Source: Amoebidium appalachense (Eukaryota; Protista; Ichthyosporea). From it: a DNA stretch of 50,122 bases. The stretch is from the NCBI GenBank assembly GCA_963693365.1, contig CAVNZM010000032.1, positions 1-50,122 of the forward strand. Direction: 5' to 3'. A program made the position numbers and the translations under genes. The first letter of the stretch is position 1. Each line of letters begins with the position of its first letter. Positions 20,092 to 29,945 of the stretch are shown piece after piece. The notes beneath the pieces are model-generated. The model saw only the letters and a program-made list of their open reading frames with translations. It ran no database searches and was not told the DNA's origin.

Positions 20092-21069
20092 ATGAACTCC
20101 GGGACGATGGACCGATCACTGATCTACATGGCCCTCCTGGCTGCGGGGGTGTACTACTTCACCAAGCCGACATACGGCGGCTGCGGTTCCTTGGAGTACG
20201 AGGATGATTCGCACCACCACCACCACACCGAGGACTGGGCGAACGGCCCCTTCGATGAGGATACCGCGCTTGCAGACGTGGACGGGCTGGCATCCGAGAC
20301 CTATGAACCCGAGGATACGGCCCTGGCCTATGGCAACCAGGGCATGGACGACGACGACGACGACTACGCGCTAGCATACGACGACGACGCGCTCGCGGAC
20401 TTTGGGTACGCACGAGCTGGCTACGACGATGACGCGCTCGGCTATGATGACCACTATGCCACCGCAGACTTCTACGACTTCGCCATGGCGGACCCCGCGC
20501 CCGTCCCCGCCCCGGCGCCCGCCGCCGCGGCGGCGCAACAGCAAACCGCGCCGCCGCCTGCCGCGCCCGTGCCCAATGCACCCACGGTTGTCAACGCGGG
20601 GGGGCAGCAGGTGGTGGTGCCGGGACCAGCGCCGGCGCAAAAGGCGCTGCAGCCGACGTCGGTGGTGCCATCGGGCACACCCAGCGGGCTAATCGGAGCG
20701 GCGACGAGGCCCAGTGTGCATCCCATGCTCACGCACAGCGTGCACACGGTGGGGCCGGACGTCAGCAACAACACAATGGACGCCATATCCAAGATCCAGG
20801 GCACGGGGTTGTTCCAAGGGAGCGAGATGAAGCCGCGGGCACGCAGTAGCGTGGCCAAACTGTCCGCACAGGAGGTGTTGGCGGCAACCAGCCGGCCGCG
20901 CAACGTGGCGGCCCCCGCCGTGTACAAGAAGAACGGCAACCTGCAGATCCGACCGGACCCCACGATCCACAGCGCGGGCATGGACAGCCTGCCGGCAATC
21001 AGCGGGTTTCGGGACATCAGCAAGCGCGAGGAGTTCTCGGAGTCGCTGGCCGCGACGCTGCTGGGGTAG
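20092..21069 (+). CDS. Membrane-anchored structural protein, minor capsid P11-like candidate
   Basis: N-terminal TM, Asp-rich D-x-ALA repeats and a Pro/Ala linker. C-terminal KNGNLQIRPDPTI resembles the NCLDV P11 motif RNANLQLRSEPP. Confidence 0.55.
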   Translation: MNSGTMDRSLIYMALLAAGVYYFTKPTYGGCGSLEYEDDSHHHHHTEDWANGPFDEDTALADVDGLASETYEPEDTALAYGNQGMDDDDDDYALAYDDDALADFGYARAGYDDDALGYDDHYATADFYDFAMADPAPVPAPAPAAAAAQQQTAPPPAAPVPNAPTVVNAGGQQVVVPGPAPAQKALQPTSVVPSGTPSGLIGAATRPSVHPMLTHSVHTVGPDVSNNTMDAISKIQGTGLFQGSEMKPRARSSVAKLSAQEVLAATSRPRNVAAPAVYKKNGNLQIRPDPTIHSAGMDSLPAISGFRDISKREEFSESLAATLLG

Positions 21070-21146
21070 ACACGCACGGAGTGCACGAACAGTAAACGCT
21101 ACACAACCACAGTAAACGGCTTTATTGGGCGAAGTGGTCCAATGAT

Positions 21147-22505
21147 CTAAGGGAGAACAACTACGGGCCAGTTTTCTGTCTCCGCCAGTTCGTTCCACGC
21201 ATCCATAATTACGCGGAATCCTGCATAGTTGTTGGCGAGCTGCTCTTGGTTGCCCGACCTCCCGCCAATGCGGATGTATTGGGCATGCCTCCGAATCAAG
21301 CACTTGAACTCGGTCTCGAAGTCGCGGGCCTGTGCCTTGTCTTGAGCAGGGAGGGCAAGCAGCACGTTGGCTAGAATCTTGTCCCTGCACTTTTCCTTCT
21401 TGTAGCGCTTAGCTATACCGTCCTGTCCCGTCATGCCGAACATCAGCGTGCCGTCGCAGTTGTCAATAAAGTACATACACGGTCCAGCACGGGCCTTGTC
21501 GGTCAATTCCTCATTGACCTCTCGCACCAAATAGAAACGGGAGTCCAGGCGCGACAGCAGGGCTTGGGACTCCTTGTTCTGCTCGTGGACTAGCACCATG
21601 GTCTTGCGCTTCGCCTCCTCCTTGCGCTCGTACTCCTCCGCCCGCACCCTTGCCTCATCCGTTCGCAGCACGACAGCGAGGAGTTCGGGGTTGCCGGTGA
21701 TGACCACCTGCCTCTGGAGCATCAGCGCCTGCTGCACCAGTTCGATGGCTCTCTCGGCTGTGTGGCCCCCGTTGCTCTTCAGCATCCAATACTTGATGTC
21801 TGTATCGGAGAGCACGCGCTTCTCTCTCTTGCCGGCCACTTCCCCCGTGCCTTCTGCAGCTCGCTTGGGCCTTGTCTGGACCGCCACGGCCACGGATTCC
21901 GTGCCCGCGGCGCTGTCGGTTTCGCGCAGCACGTCGGCCACCGCGCCGTGGTCGCCGGAGAGCGCCTTGCCTTGTATGGAGCACCACTTGGCATGATAGG
22001 AGGGGCTGATGTGCTGTGCAAATGCAGTCGCCACGTCAACATGTACCCAGGTGCCTCGCAATGTATCTGATGCAGGGCCTTGGTACCGAATACGCGAGTC
22101 GTCTATCAGACTTCCATCCTCAAAGCCATCCTCAAATCCTTGAGGATGGGTACCAAGGTCTTGAGGATGGGCCGTGCCCTCACTCTCAGTCCTGCTGTGA
22201 GCTCGAAGAATCTCTTTAACCAGTGCCTTTGCGCTATCAGTTTGAAACCAACCGCTCCAAGTCTTCTTGGTTGCGGATCTCTTTGCGAGCTGTGTAACGT
22301 TTACCCAAAGCTCCCCTCCGCTGCGCACTTCCCCGTATGTAAGGACTTTGCCCTCGCTGTCGTTTATTGGCGTGACCTCTCCCTCTTGCAGGACCTGCCC
22401 GTTGCGCATCACCACACGCGCCCGGGCGGGCTGCGGGGCCGGTGATGCGAGCGTGTTATACGCAGGTGGCTGCATTGCGAGAGTGGGCATTGCGAGACTG
22501 GCCAT
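21147..22505 (-). CDS. KilA-N domain protein with coiled coil and a possible degenerate GIY-YIG/T5orf172-like C-terminus
   Basis: WVNVTQLAK..KTWSGWFQTDSAKALV..RGTWVHVDVATAFAQHISP is KilA-N. The C-terminus reads CMYFID...LMFGMT...KRY. Confidence 0.85.
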   Translation of the reverse strand: MASLAMPTLAMQPPAYNTLASPAPQPARARVVMRNGQVLQEGEVTPINDSEGKVLTYGEVRSGGELWVNVTQLAKRSATKKTWSGWFQTDSAKALVKEILRAHSRTESEGTAHPQDLGTHPQGFEDGFEDGSLIDDSRIRYQGPASDTLRGTWVHVDVATAFAQHISPSYHAKWCSIQGKALSGDHGAVADVLRETDSAAGTESVAVAVQTRPKRAAEGTGEVAGKREKRVLSDTDIKYWMLKSNGGHTAERAIELVQQALMLQRQVVITGNPELLAVVLRTDEARVRAEEYERKEEAKRKTMVLVHEQNKESQALLSRLDSRFYLVREVNEELTDKARAGPCMYFIDNCDGTLMFGMTGQDGIAKRYKKEKCRDKILANVLLALPAQDKAQARDFETEFKCLIRRHAQYIRIGGRSGNQEQLANNYAGFRVIMDAWNELAETENWPVVVLP

Positions 22506-22626
22506 CAATCTAGGTACAGGTTTTATTTTTCAGTGTGTATCGCCCCTCGTTTGCCTGTCACTGGCGACCCAGCTATCACCCCGCCCTTTGGATCCAAGGC
22601 GCGGATGGCCACCCCAATCGTTTTCG

Positions 22627-24057
22627 TCATAAACCCACGACCTTCTCGTGGCTGAACGTGTACGTATGCACCCAGTCGCCCTCACCCGCCCCCTCCCCGC
22701 CTACGGCCACATCCCGGCACGGCCGCTTGGTGCGCGCGCCGAACAGCTTGCCCATCATCGACCCGAGCTTCCTGACGCTGACGCCGGCGGGGTCGCGGCC
22801 ATTGCGAACAGCCCAGGTGCGCATGCGCTCGGCCATGCCCGTGGTGGTAACATGGGCGCCATCGGCGATCGCCATGTCCTCACAGCCATCGGCCCCGAAA
22901 GCCATATCGCGCAGGAACAGCATGACGTCGCCCATGTTTGCCTGTCGCAGTTCCTGCTTCAGCTCGGTCATCGGGGGCGGGGGCAGCATGGGGGGGACGT
23001 TGGGCAGACGCACGAGTGTGTCGTGTATGGCCTGCAGGGCCTTCGGTTGGGCGTGGTGGGCGACGAACGAGCCGAAGTAGGCAGTGTCGCCGATCCTCTC
23101 ACCGGACACCTCCATGCAGGCGTAGCGCCTGTCACTGGCCTCGACCAACACGGGCAACGATTCGTTCGTCAGCAGCACGTAGCGCTCGCACGAGCGAACG
23201 GTATGGGCGTCATGACCCTTCTTCTCGACCAGGTTAGTAGACTCGGTGATGTGCGACTTCATGATGTTGTTGATCTCGCGCGAGTTCCCGAACAGCACCT
23301 CGTCGACAATGACGAGCAGCTTGTTCTGGAGATGCGCGTTGAAGTGGTTCTGGATCCTGTCCTTGCGGTTCACGTAGACGGTGTGCTCTGCACCGATGAC
23401 GTCGGTGAGGACCTGGAAGAACACGTTCTTGCCCGCTCCCTGGCGCGACACGAACAGCAGCGCGCTGCCGGGCTTCGCGGCGGGGAACTGAAACAGATGC
23501 CCGAGCCAGGTCAGCATGTACGCGAACAGCACCTCGTTGCCACCACACAACAGGTCGCGCGCGTGCGCGAGGAAGGGCGCGGCCAGAGACTCGCGCTCTT
23601 CCGACGGCATGTCGCTTGGGCGGTGGCGGAAGCCAGGGAACAGGTTGAAGACGTGGTACGGGCCGGTGGTGTACCTGCGACGTCCGGTCAGGGGATCGGG
23701 GTCCGCGGGGTCGTAGACGACGCGCTCGTACACCAGGATGTCAGGGCCATTGAGGTACTCGCGACCGGTGTACTTTGCCACACGGGCGCCGCGGTCCGAG
23801 TGGATGGTGAACTGAAACTTGCCGAGGGTGTCGACCGCGTCGCGCTTGGACACGATGCGGTGCTCGAACTGTTGGCGTTCGTCGGACCACTGCTTGAGGA
23901 TGTATGCCGAGGATCCCTTGATCCAAGCCACCACGCTGCGCAGGTAGTCGACGGCCATACTCTCGGACCAATCGTACTGCGCGCACTCGCGCGGCACGAA
24001 GGGCACGTCGTGGAGGGGGCCGCGGGTGGGGTCCTCGAAGATCGCGTAGTCGGTCAT
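22627..24057 (-). CDS. SF3/D5-like (NrS-1-type) helicase, copy 1
   Basis: FNLFPGF, WLGHLFQFPAAKPG, Walker A SRQGAGKN, FNAHLQNKLLVIVDE and LLTNE..VEASDRRY. Confidence 0.88.
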   Translation of the reverse strand: MTDYAIFEDPTRGPLHDVPFVPRECAQYDWSESMAVDYLRSVVAWIKGSSAYILKQWSDERQQFEHRIVSKRDAVDTLGKFQFTIHSDRGARVAKYTGREYLNGPDILVYERVVYDPADPDPLTGRRRYTTGPYHVFNLFPGFRHRPSDMPSEERESLAAPFLAHARDLLCGGNEVLFAYMLTWLGHLFQFPAAKPGSALLFVSRQGAGKNVFFQVLTDVIGAEHTVYVNRKDRIQNHFNAHLQNKLLVIVDEVLFGNSREINNIMKSHITESTNLVEKKGHDAHTVRSCERYVLLTNESLPVLVEASDRRYACMEVSGERIGDTAYFGSFVAHHAQPKALQAIHDTLVRLPNVPPMLPPPPMTELKQELRQANMGDVMLFLRDMAFGADGCEDMAIADGAHVTTTGMAERMRTWAVRNGRDPAGVSVRKLGSMMGKLFGARTKRPCRDVAVGGEGAGEGDWVHTYTFSHEKVVGL

Positions 24058-24234
24058 GTTTAAGAAGGGGGCGAATGAAGATTGGTTCGGGGCACGCGGC
24101 TTTTATAGGCACGCAATGGCATGGGCAGTTATATTTCGGGGTAAAGATACGTGCAATGGACGACACCATGCTGGCGCTGCTGCTGTATGCGAGCTGCATC
24201 CGCGCCGGAGCAGATGGCGTGCGCTTGTTCTGTG

Positions 24235-24762
24235 TCATTCTCTATTGCTGCGCCTTTCTATCCTGTTGCCTGGAACCAGTTCAAGCATCAGAATGTCGCA
24301 ACCGCCGGCGTGGCGCACTTTAGCGCCACACCTAATCAAGTCGATGCTCACCATGGTGGTGCTCGCGCTTGTCGCCTTGAGGGGCACCGCGCGCTGCAGG
24401 GGTTCGTCGAGTGGGTCCCCGTGTGGGAGCAAGGCCAGGTCGATGTCGCAGCGGACCCAGCACATACGGAACGCGATACCGGGCTGTAGGTCGACAAAGA
24501 TCGTGTCGGACAGACCGGTGGTGTCGGTGTATAAAAAGCGGAAATGGTTCAGACCGTCGCGGTTGGACGCTTCGAGGAACGCAAGCGGGGCAGTCGTCTC
24601 CGCATACACCGTGCCGGCCTTTTCCAGGACGGCCCTGATTTTGAGCGGCACGAGGTCGACGGCGGCATAACCCTGGCCATTGAAGCGTGCACCGGCGACA
24701 AACCGAGTAAGGCTGGAGGTGAAGGCTGCGAGGGCTTCCGCTTCCAAGTGTATTTTTGGCAT
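24235..24762 (-). CDS. Hypothetical protein, paralog family B (with 39801-40316)
   Basis: Shared motifs SNRDGLNH.(R/T)F, LLP..DP(L/M)DE and RAVPLKA.S. Both paralogs have GTATAAAG upstream. Confidence 0.8.
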   Translation of the reverse strand: MPKIHLEAEALAAFTSSLTRFVAGARFNGQGYAAVDLVPLKIRAVLEKAGTVYAETTAPLAFLEASNRDGLNHFRFLYTDTTGLSDTIFVDLQPGIAFRMCWVRCDIDLALLPHGDPLDEPLQRAVPLKATSASTTMVSIDLIRCGAKVRHAGGCDILMLELVPGNRIERRSNRE

Positions 24763-24878
24763 CTGTGCGAGCTGACAGCAGACTGAGAGGCCGCGATGGC
24801 GCTTTTATACATTCGCGGCCCAAGTAATTGGTAGCAGTAGGCAAGGGACCCAAGTGGACCAGGTACCATTACAACCAG

Positions 24879-25346
24879 ATGCCCACGACATTCCGACACC
24901 GAAGAGACGCCGCCGACCCGATGCGGCGGCTGTTGTGGATGCTGCAAGGTTGGTTGGGCAAGCGTCCAAGAACGCACCACACCGAGCCCACGGCGACACC
25001 CCCGCGCGCGTGCAAGGCGTTGTCGGGGACACAGACCTGGAGTGACCACGGAAATCCCGGTCGAAGGTCTATGGTGAAGGTTGTGAAACACACACACGAG
25101 GACTTGCACGAACACGACTGCGCAGCGCGCTGCGTGGATGTTTACATCCGACAAGGTTTGAACACGGGAGAAGTCGTGTTTGTGCGCTGCTGTGGGGACA
25201 TGTGGACCGCGGGCCTCAGACCCGGAGACTTTATTGACTCGTGTGAAATCACGCCCGTGCCGGGCTCAAAGCGGCACATACTCGTGCACATGCAAGTGAT
25301 CGACGGCCCCTGGCGCACCGACCAGTGCGCGGCCGATTGTCACTAG
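24879..25346 (+). CDS. Hypothetical protein
   Basis: ATG 24879, His/Cys-containing. AATAAA follows the stop. Confidence 0.5.
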   Translation: MPTTFRHRRDAADPMRRLLWMLQGWLGKRPRTHHTEPTATPPRACKALSGTQTWSDHGNPGRRSMVKVVKHTHEDLHEHDCAARCVDVYIRQGLNTGEVVFVRCCGDMWTAGLRPGDFIDSCEITPVPGSKRHILVHMQVIDGPWRTDQCAADCH

Positions 25347-25439
25347 TAAGCCATAATAAACAACTACAGACAAACCCCACTGCCAAGACATACAAACGAC
25401 ATACAGACTATACATACACACCGAACCCGCAGGGCACGT

Positions 25440-26324
25440 CTACTTGCGGGAACGCGTGCGGGAGGACACGGGTAGGGACGCGCGGCGCGCGGCCCGGGTG
25501 CTTCCGCGACCCATTGTCCACGCAGGCACGACCGGGCGATGTGGCGTGCGAGGGGTTGAGTGATGGGGCGGCGCCGACATGGTTGCGGGTGGTTGCGGGG
25601 GGGTGAGTGCTGTGGGTGTGGGCGCGGGCTCGGAGGTGGTTGGCTCGGCGGGGGCTGGGGGTGGCGTTGCAGGACTCGAGGTGTCCATGGGGACTGTTGC
25701 AGCATACACGGAACGGTACATGTCGTAGTTGGAGCGAGAAAGTGTGTAGGTGAAGGTAACGATCTTCTCGGTCGATTGGCATTTCCAGGTGTTGGCTGTG
25801 AGTTCATTGAGCCGCAGCTCGAACCACGAGTTGAAGTTTTTCATGGACTCCTTTGGGCGGGCGAAGTCAACGGTGAGGTGGTCGAGGTGGGCCAGGAAAG
25901 CGGGCGACGGGTTTTCCATGGAGTGCTGATTGGGCGTGGGTGCCGAAAGCACGCGTTGTCGAAGGAGTGAGGGTTTGGGGTCCGCGTGTTTGAATCTGTC
26001 GAGCACCAAACAGCTTTTGGGCTCAACCTCGGTACCCTCGAGCCAATGGAACCATCCACGATAGACACTCGACGCGGCCGCGGCATTTCTGCCCTGATCC
26101 TCGCCTCCATATGGCGTAGGGTAGTCAACGAGTATTTCAAGACGGCGGAGAGCGCCTGTGACGAGCCTGTTTGCATTCCTCGAGAGGTCCACAAGGGCAC
26201 AAGAAGCCGTCATCTCCGAGGAAATTTTCCCTATGTATGCATCGCTAATGACGAGGCGGATGTGGTTTGTTGTAGGAGACAGGCCGAGCCAGTCCGTATA
26301 ATACCTGACAGTATGTGCCGCCAT
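25440..26324 (-). CDS. Hypothetical protein with Pro/Thr-rich tail
   Basis: 294-aa ORF downstream of a CCAAT-rich region. Confidence 0.6.
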   Translation of the reverse strand: MAAHTVRYYTDWLGLSPTTNHIRLVISDAYIGKISSEMTASCALVDLSRNANRLVTGALRRLEILVDYPTPYGGEDQGRNAAAASSVYRGWFHWLEGTEVEPKSCLVLDRFKHADPKPSLLRQRVLSAPTPNQHSMENPSPAFLAHLDHLTVDFARPKESMKNFNSWFELRLNELTANTWKCQSTEKIVTFTYTLSRSNYDMYRSVYAATVPMDTSSPATPPPAPAEPTTSEPAPTPTALTPPQPPATMSAPPHHSTPRTPHRPVVPAWTMGRGSTRAARRASLPVSSRTRSRK

Positions 26325-26329
26325 GTTGC

Positions 26330-26700
26330 TGCTGGCGCGGCGAAAGACCAGAAATAAAAGTGGCGGGATGGTTGCAAGTGCGCATCGATTTTAAGCATTC
26401 TTGGGTCGCTTGGATTGGATGATTATCAAAAGAAACTGACGTGATTGGCTTTGCATCGGGCGCAGTCTGGAACGGACGCTCCTATTGGTTGGTGAGACAT
26501 TCGATTGGTTGAAATGTCAATGGACGGCATTTGATTGACCTATACCAGATCCAATTGATTGGCAAGACACTCGATTGGTGAAAATGTCAATCAATGTCAA
26601 TGTCAACGGCATTTGATTAGCTAATCTGGGGTTGCGATTGGCATGCAGCGCGTTCGAAAAATCAACGAAATAGGCCCTGGCAGCGGGCTACACTCAGGAT
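26330..26700 (-). promoter_or_regulatory. CCAAT-box-rich promoter region
   Basis: About seven ATTGG boxes on the + strand upstream of the 26324 ATG. Confidence 0.55.
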
Positions 26701-26940
26701 ATCAACCGTTTGTGTTATGTGTATTCGCAAAAGAAAGAAGACCCACGCAGCCAGGGCACGAGCGCGGCGCCGTCGCCGCATGTTTGTGTACGCCGACCAA
26801 TTCCTAGAACCGTACTCGCCGGTGATGTGGAGACTTTTCTTAGCGAAGAGATCGTAACCACAATCAAGGCTTGAGAACCGCGCGCTGCGGAGACAACAAG
26901 AAAGACCATGCCGCGTTCTTCCCGCGCAAGATTATGTATG

Positions 26941-27240
26941 CAAGGGCCGCGTTGGCCGCGGTGCGGAGCCGACAGACTCAGAAAAATTGCAAGTCGCGTT
27001 GGCCGCGGTGCGGAGCCGACAGACTCAGAAAAATTGCAAGTCGCGTTGGCCGCGGTGCGGAGCCGACAGACTCAGAAAAATTGCAAGAGTCGCGTTGGCC
27101 GCGGTGCGGAGACGACAGACTCAGAAAAATTGCAAGAGTCGCGTTGGCCGCGGTGCGGAGACGACAGACTCAGAAAAATTGCAAGAGTCGCGTTGGCCGC
27201 GGTGCGGAGACGACAGACTTTGCAAGAGTTGCGTTTTGCC
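26941..27240. repeat. Tandem repeat array A, 47-49 bp unit, about 6 copies
   Basis: Unit caag(ag)tcgcgttggccgcggtgcggag(c/a)cgacagactcagaaaaattg starts at 26941, 26990, 27037, 27084, 27133 and 27182 (truncated). Confidence 0.95.
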
Positions 27241-27649
27241 GAAAGCCTTAAACACGAAACCGAAAAAATACAAGGACCCGAAAATACTTTATTTTCATAT
27301 ACACGTGACAATACATACAACACAACACACAACGCACAGCGCTGTGGTGGACATTCGTGACCACGTATTCCATTTGATATTTAGATATATTTTTGATGGA
27401 TACAAACTTTGGCGGCAAACAGAAGCAAAGACTACGAACCATTGACACACGTCGGTGTGCAATTACATATCTCTATTGCCAACACCGAAACCAAAAGACA
27501 GAACATGGTGTGCAAATTGAATACTGATGGTTGAGCACGAAAGCAAAAATAGCCATCGCTGTAGCAGCCTGACGCTATATCACCAATACCATGACCACAC
27601 ACACACATCCACGCAACGCCAGCGTTATTGCCTACATGCCTACATGGTC

Positions 27650-29062
27650 TTACATGCCTACATGGTCTTCCTGGCCTTCTTGGCTGGCTTGGTGGGGGGG
27701 GGTGGCCTCCCGTTTGCGCTTTGTGCTCTTGCTGGCCTGCATGCCCTCGGCGCTGGGAGAGGCCAGGCGCTTTGCCTTCGGACCGACATATCTTGCGAAA
27801 TCTCGCAGTGTCATAGGGAGCTTCCCCTCCAGTTCCTCCCACTCGGCTGAAAGGGGGGTGTCGGCCCGGACAATGTAAATGATGTTGTTTTGGTTGCGCT
27901 CAATGCCGTACGTATTAAGCCAACGGTTGTGGCCCATCGTAGTCTTGTCCTTGCTATTGTATACTAAGGGTTCGAGTTGATCGTAGTCTCTGAATGCGAA
28001 GTTGAGACGGATCTGCACGTGCGCAAAATGCGCAGGTGGGGGCCACACTTTTGGGGCTGTGCGACGCTTGTCGAGAAACCCTGCAAGGAAGCGTCCTAAT
28101 GCGGGAAGACGAGAGTCGGCAAGGTGGGATGGCCAGGTAGCATGCTTGTGTTCGATGTCTGCAGCAAGGGTTGCCAGCACATAGGGATCGCCCACTTTGC
28201 CGATTTTGGGAATGGGGTCGTCTTTTTCGCGAACAAACTCGCCGTTGTAGTGTGCACGTTCTCCCCATTCGTTTGCCTTCGGAAGCTCCCGGTCGACCCC
28301 CCACACCAACACACCCGCATGCTTCCGAGCCTCCTTGCCACCGGACTTCTTCTTGACTGCCTCCGTGACGGACAGGAGGTTGAATTGGTCGTCGTGTGTG
28401 ATGGGTGGCTCTATGGCAAGAACGTTTTTGTTCGTGTCCGAGTGGTCCTGTATGCCCGTGTCCTCAGAGTCCGAGTCCGGTGTCTCCGTTCCCGTGTCCG
28501 TGTCCGTGTCCGTGATCGTGATGCACTGTGCGTCCTGTGTCAAAACGTGGTTGTTAATCTTTCCGGCGCGTTGAAGACCTTCCACCCAATCTTTGAGGTA
28601 TTGGCCACAACGCGTTTCTTTCTCGTCGTGCTCGCGGTTAGCGTGGCTGAATACGCAACCGTAGTTGAGGTAACTCTCGTGAAATTCCACCGAAGCGATG
28701 TAGGTCTCGGCATCCCCACACGACAAGCGACCGAGGACGATGTAGGTGTCCGTCATCGCCTTGCTTAGCTCCGCGGACAAGTTCGGTGGCTGCTTGTCCG
28801 GGTGAAAAGTCCTTGCAACTCTCCTGATCCCGCCCATGTCTAAGGCCTGGAGTTGTGCAAACTTGGTGGTGAACAGGAGTGTTGACTTGCCGGCTTGAGC
28901 GGCTATGGCTTCGATTCTGGCGGACGGCTTCACACTTTTCAGGAACAGACGCACGTCATCTTCGAACTTTGGGGATTGGGAGGCAAGCAAACCGAAACCC
29001 CGATGGGCACACTCCGCGTCTAACTGGGTAAAATCAGGAAGGAAGCTGTCGAGGTGCGCCAT
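27650..29062 (-). CDS. Paralog family A protein with a J-domain-like HPD motif
   Basis: ATG 29062. GGIRRVARTFHPDK, plus C-terminal RAHYNGEF..RLPALGRF..IYIVRADTPLSAEWEELEGKLPMTLRDFARYVGPK. Confidence 0.8.
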   Translation of the reverse strand: MAHLDSFLPDFTQLDAECAHRGFGLLASQSPKFEDDVRLFLKSVKPSARIEAIAAQAGKSTLLFTTKFAQLQALDMGGIRRVARTFHPDKQPPNLSAELSKAMTDTYIVLGRLSCGDAETYIASVEFHESYLNYGCVFSHANREHDEKETRCGQYLKDWVEGLQRAGKINNHVLTQDAQCITITDTDTDTGTETPDSDSEDTGIQDHSDTNKNVLAIEPPITHDDQFNLLSVTEAVKKKSGGKEARKHAGVLVWGVDRELPKANEWGERAHYNGEFVREKDDPIPKIGKVGDPYVLATLAADIEHKHATWPSHLADSRLPALGRFLAGFLDKRRTAPKVWPPPAHFAHVQIRLNFAFRDYDQLEPLVYNSKDKTTMGHNRWLNTYGIERNQNNIIYIVRADTPLSAEWEELEGKLPMTLRDFARYVGPKAKRLASPSAEGMQASKSTKRKREATPPHQASQEGQEDHVGM

Positions 29063-29096
29063 ACTGAATGATGTGTCTTTTACTTGTGTGCACTGA

Positions 29097-29877
29097 GGTG
29101 TTTCGACCCGTGTGCCGCATATATATATCGATGTACACCGCGTTGGGCGCTTCAGACATCCAATGAAATTTAAGCATTCAATACAATAAGCCAATAGATG
29201 AAGAACACGCGACCCACCGCGACCAATCAGACTTTGTGTATGAACAAACCAAAAATAATTCCTCCGACTCCTTCCAATGGCTGGCACCTTGGCGAACTTT
29301 TGATTGGCCCGCCCGGCCGAAACCAGTTTTCAAATTAGGGTGGACCAATCGAAAAAGCAAAACGACACGTTAACCGTCCGCGAACCAATCATTTGGCGCG
29401 CAAATATCTTGACATCATGGCGGACCAATCATATTGCGATTTCGATTATTTGTCTTGCGATTTTGATTTAGATGCCATTTGAGATGGTGTTTCGACCCGT
29501 GAGCCGCGTATTATATATGTGCACCGCGTTAGGCGCTTCAGACATCCAATGAAATTTAAGCTTCAACAATAAACCAATAGACGAAGAACACGCGACCCAT
29601 GGCGACAAATCAGAGCTTCAAAAATAACCGTGTGAACCAATCAAAAACAATTCCACCGTCTCCATCCAATGGCTGGCACCTGGGCGAACTTTTGATTGGT
29701 CCGCCCGGCCGAAACCGGTTTTTAATTCAGGGCGGACCAATCGAAATAGCAAAGTGACACGTGAACCGTCCGCGAACCAATCATTTGGCGCGAAAATATC
29801 TTAACATCATGGCGGACCAATCATATTGCGATTTCGATTTTTTGCCTTGCGATTTTGATTTAGATCCCATTTCAGAT
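29097..29877. promoter_or_regulatory. Bidirectional promoter made of a direct tandem duplication of about 390 bp, with CCAAT boxes, E2F-like sites and TATA boxes
   Basis: Copy 1 about 29097-29485, copy 2 about 29486-29877; both start ggtgtttcgacccgtg. TTTGGCGCGCAAA at 29392 and TTTGGCGCGAAA at 29784. TATATAAA at 29877. Confidence 0.8.
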
Positions 29878-29945
29878 ATATAAACAACAGACGCGGAATA
29901 AATGGACCACAACCACACAGACAATCAACCAGACGTGGAAAAAAC

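Noticed and set aside
22648-24063. Long antisense ORFs (also 15992-17368, 19239-20024, 33291-34703, 36009-37625, 40892-42106)
   Set aside because: Shadow frames opposite well-supported GC3-rich genes.
26871-27445. ORFs across repeat array A
   Set aside because: They are translations of the tandem repeat and are open in several frames.
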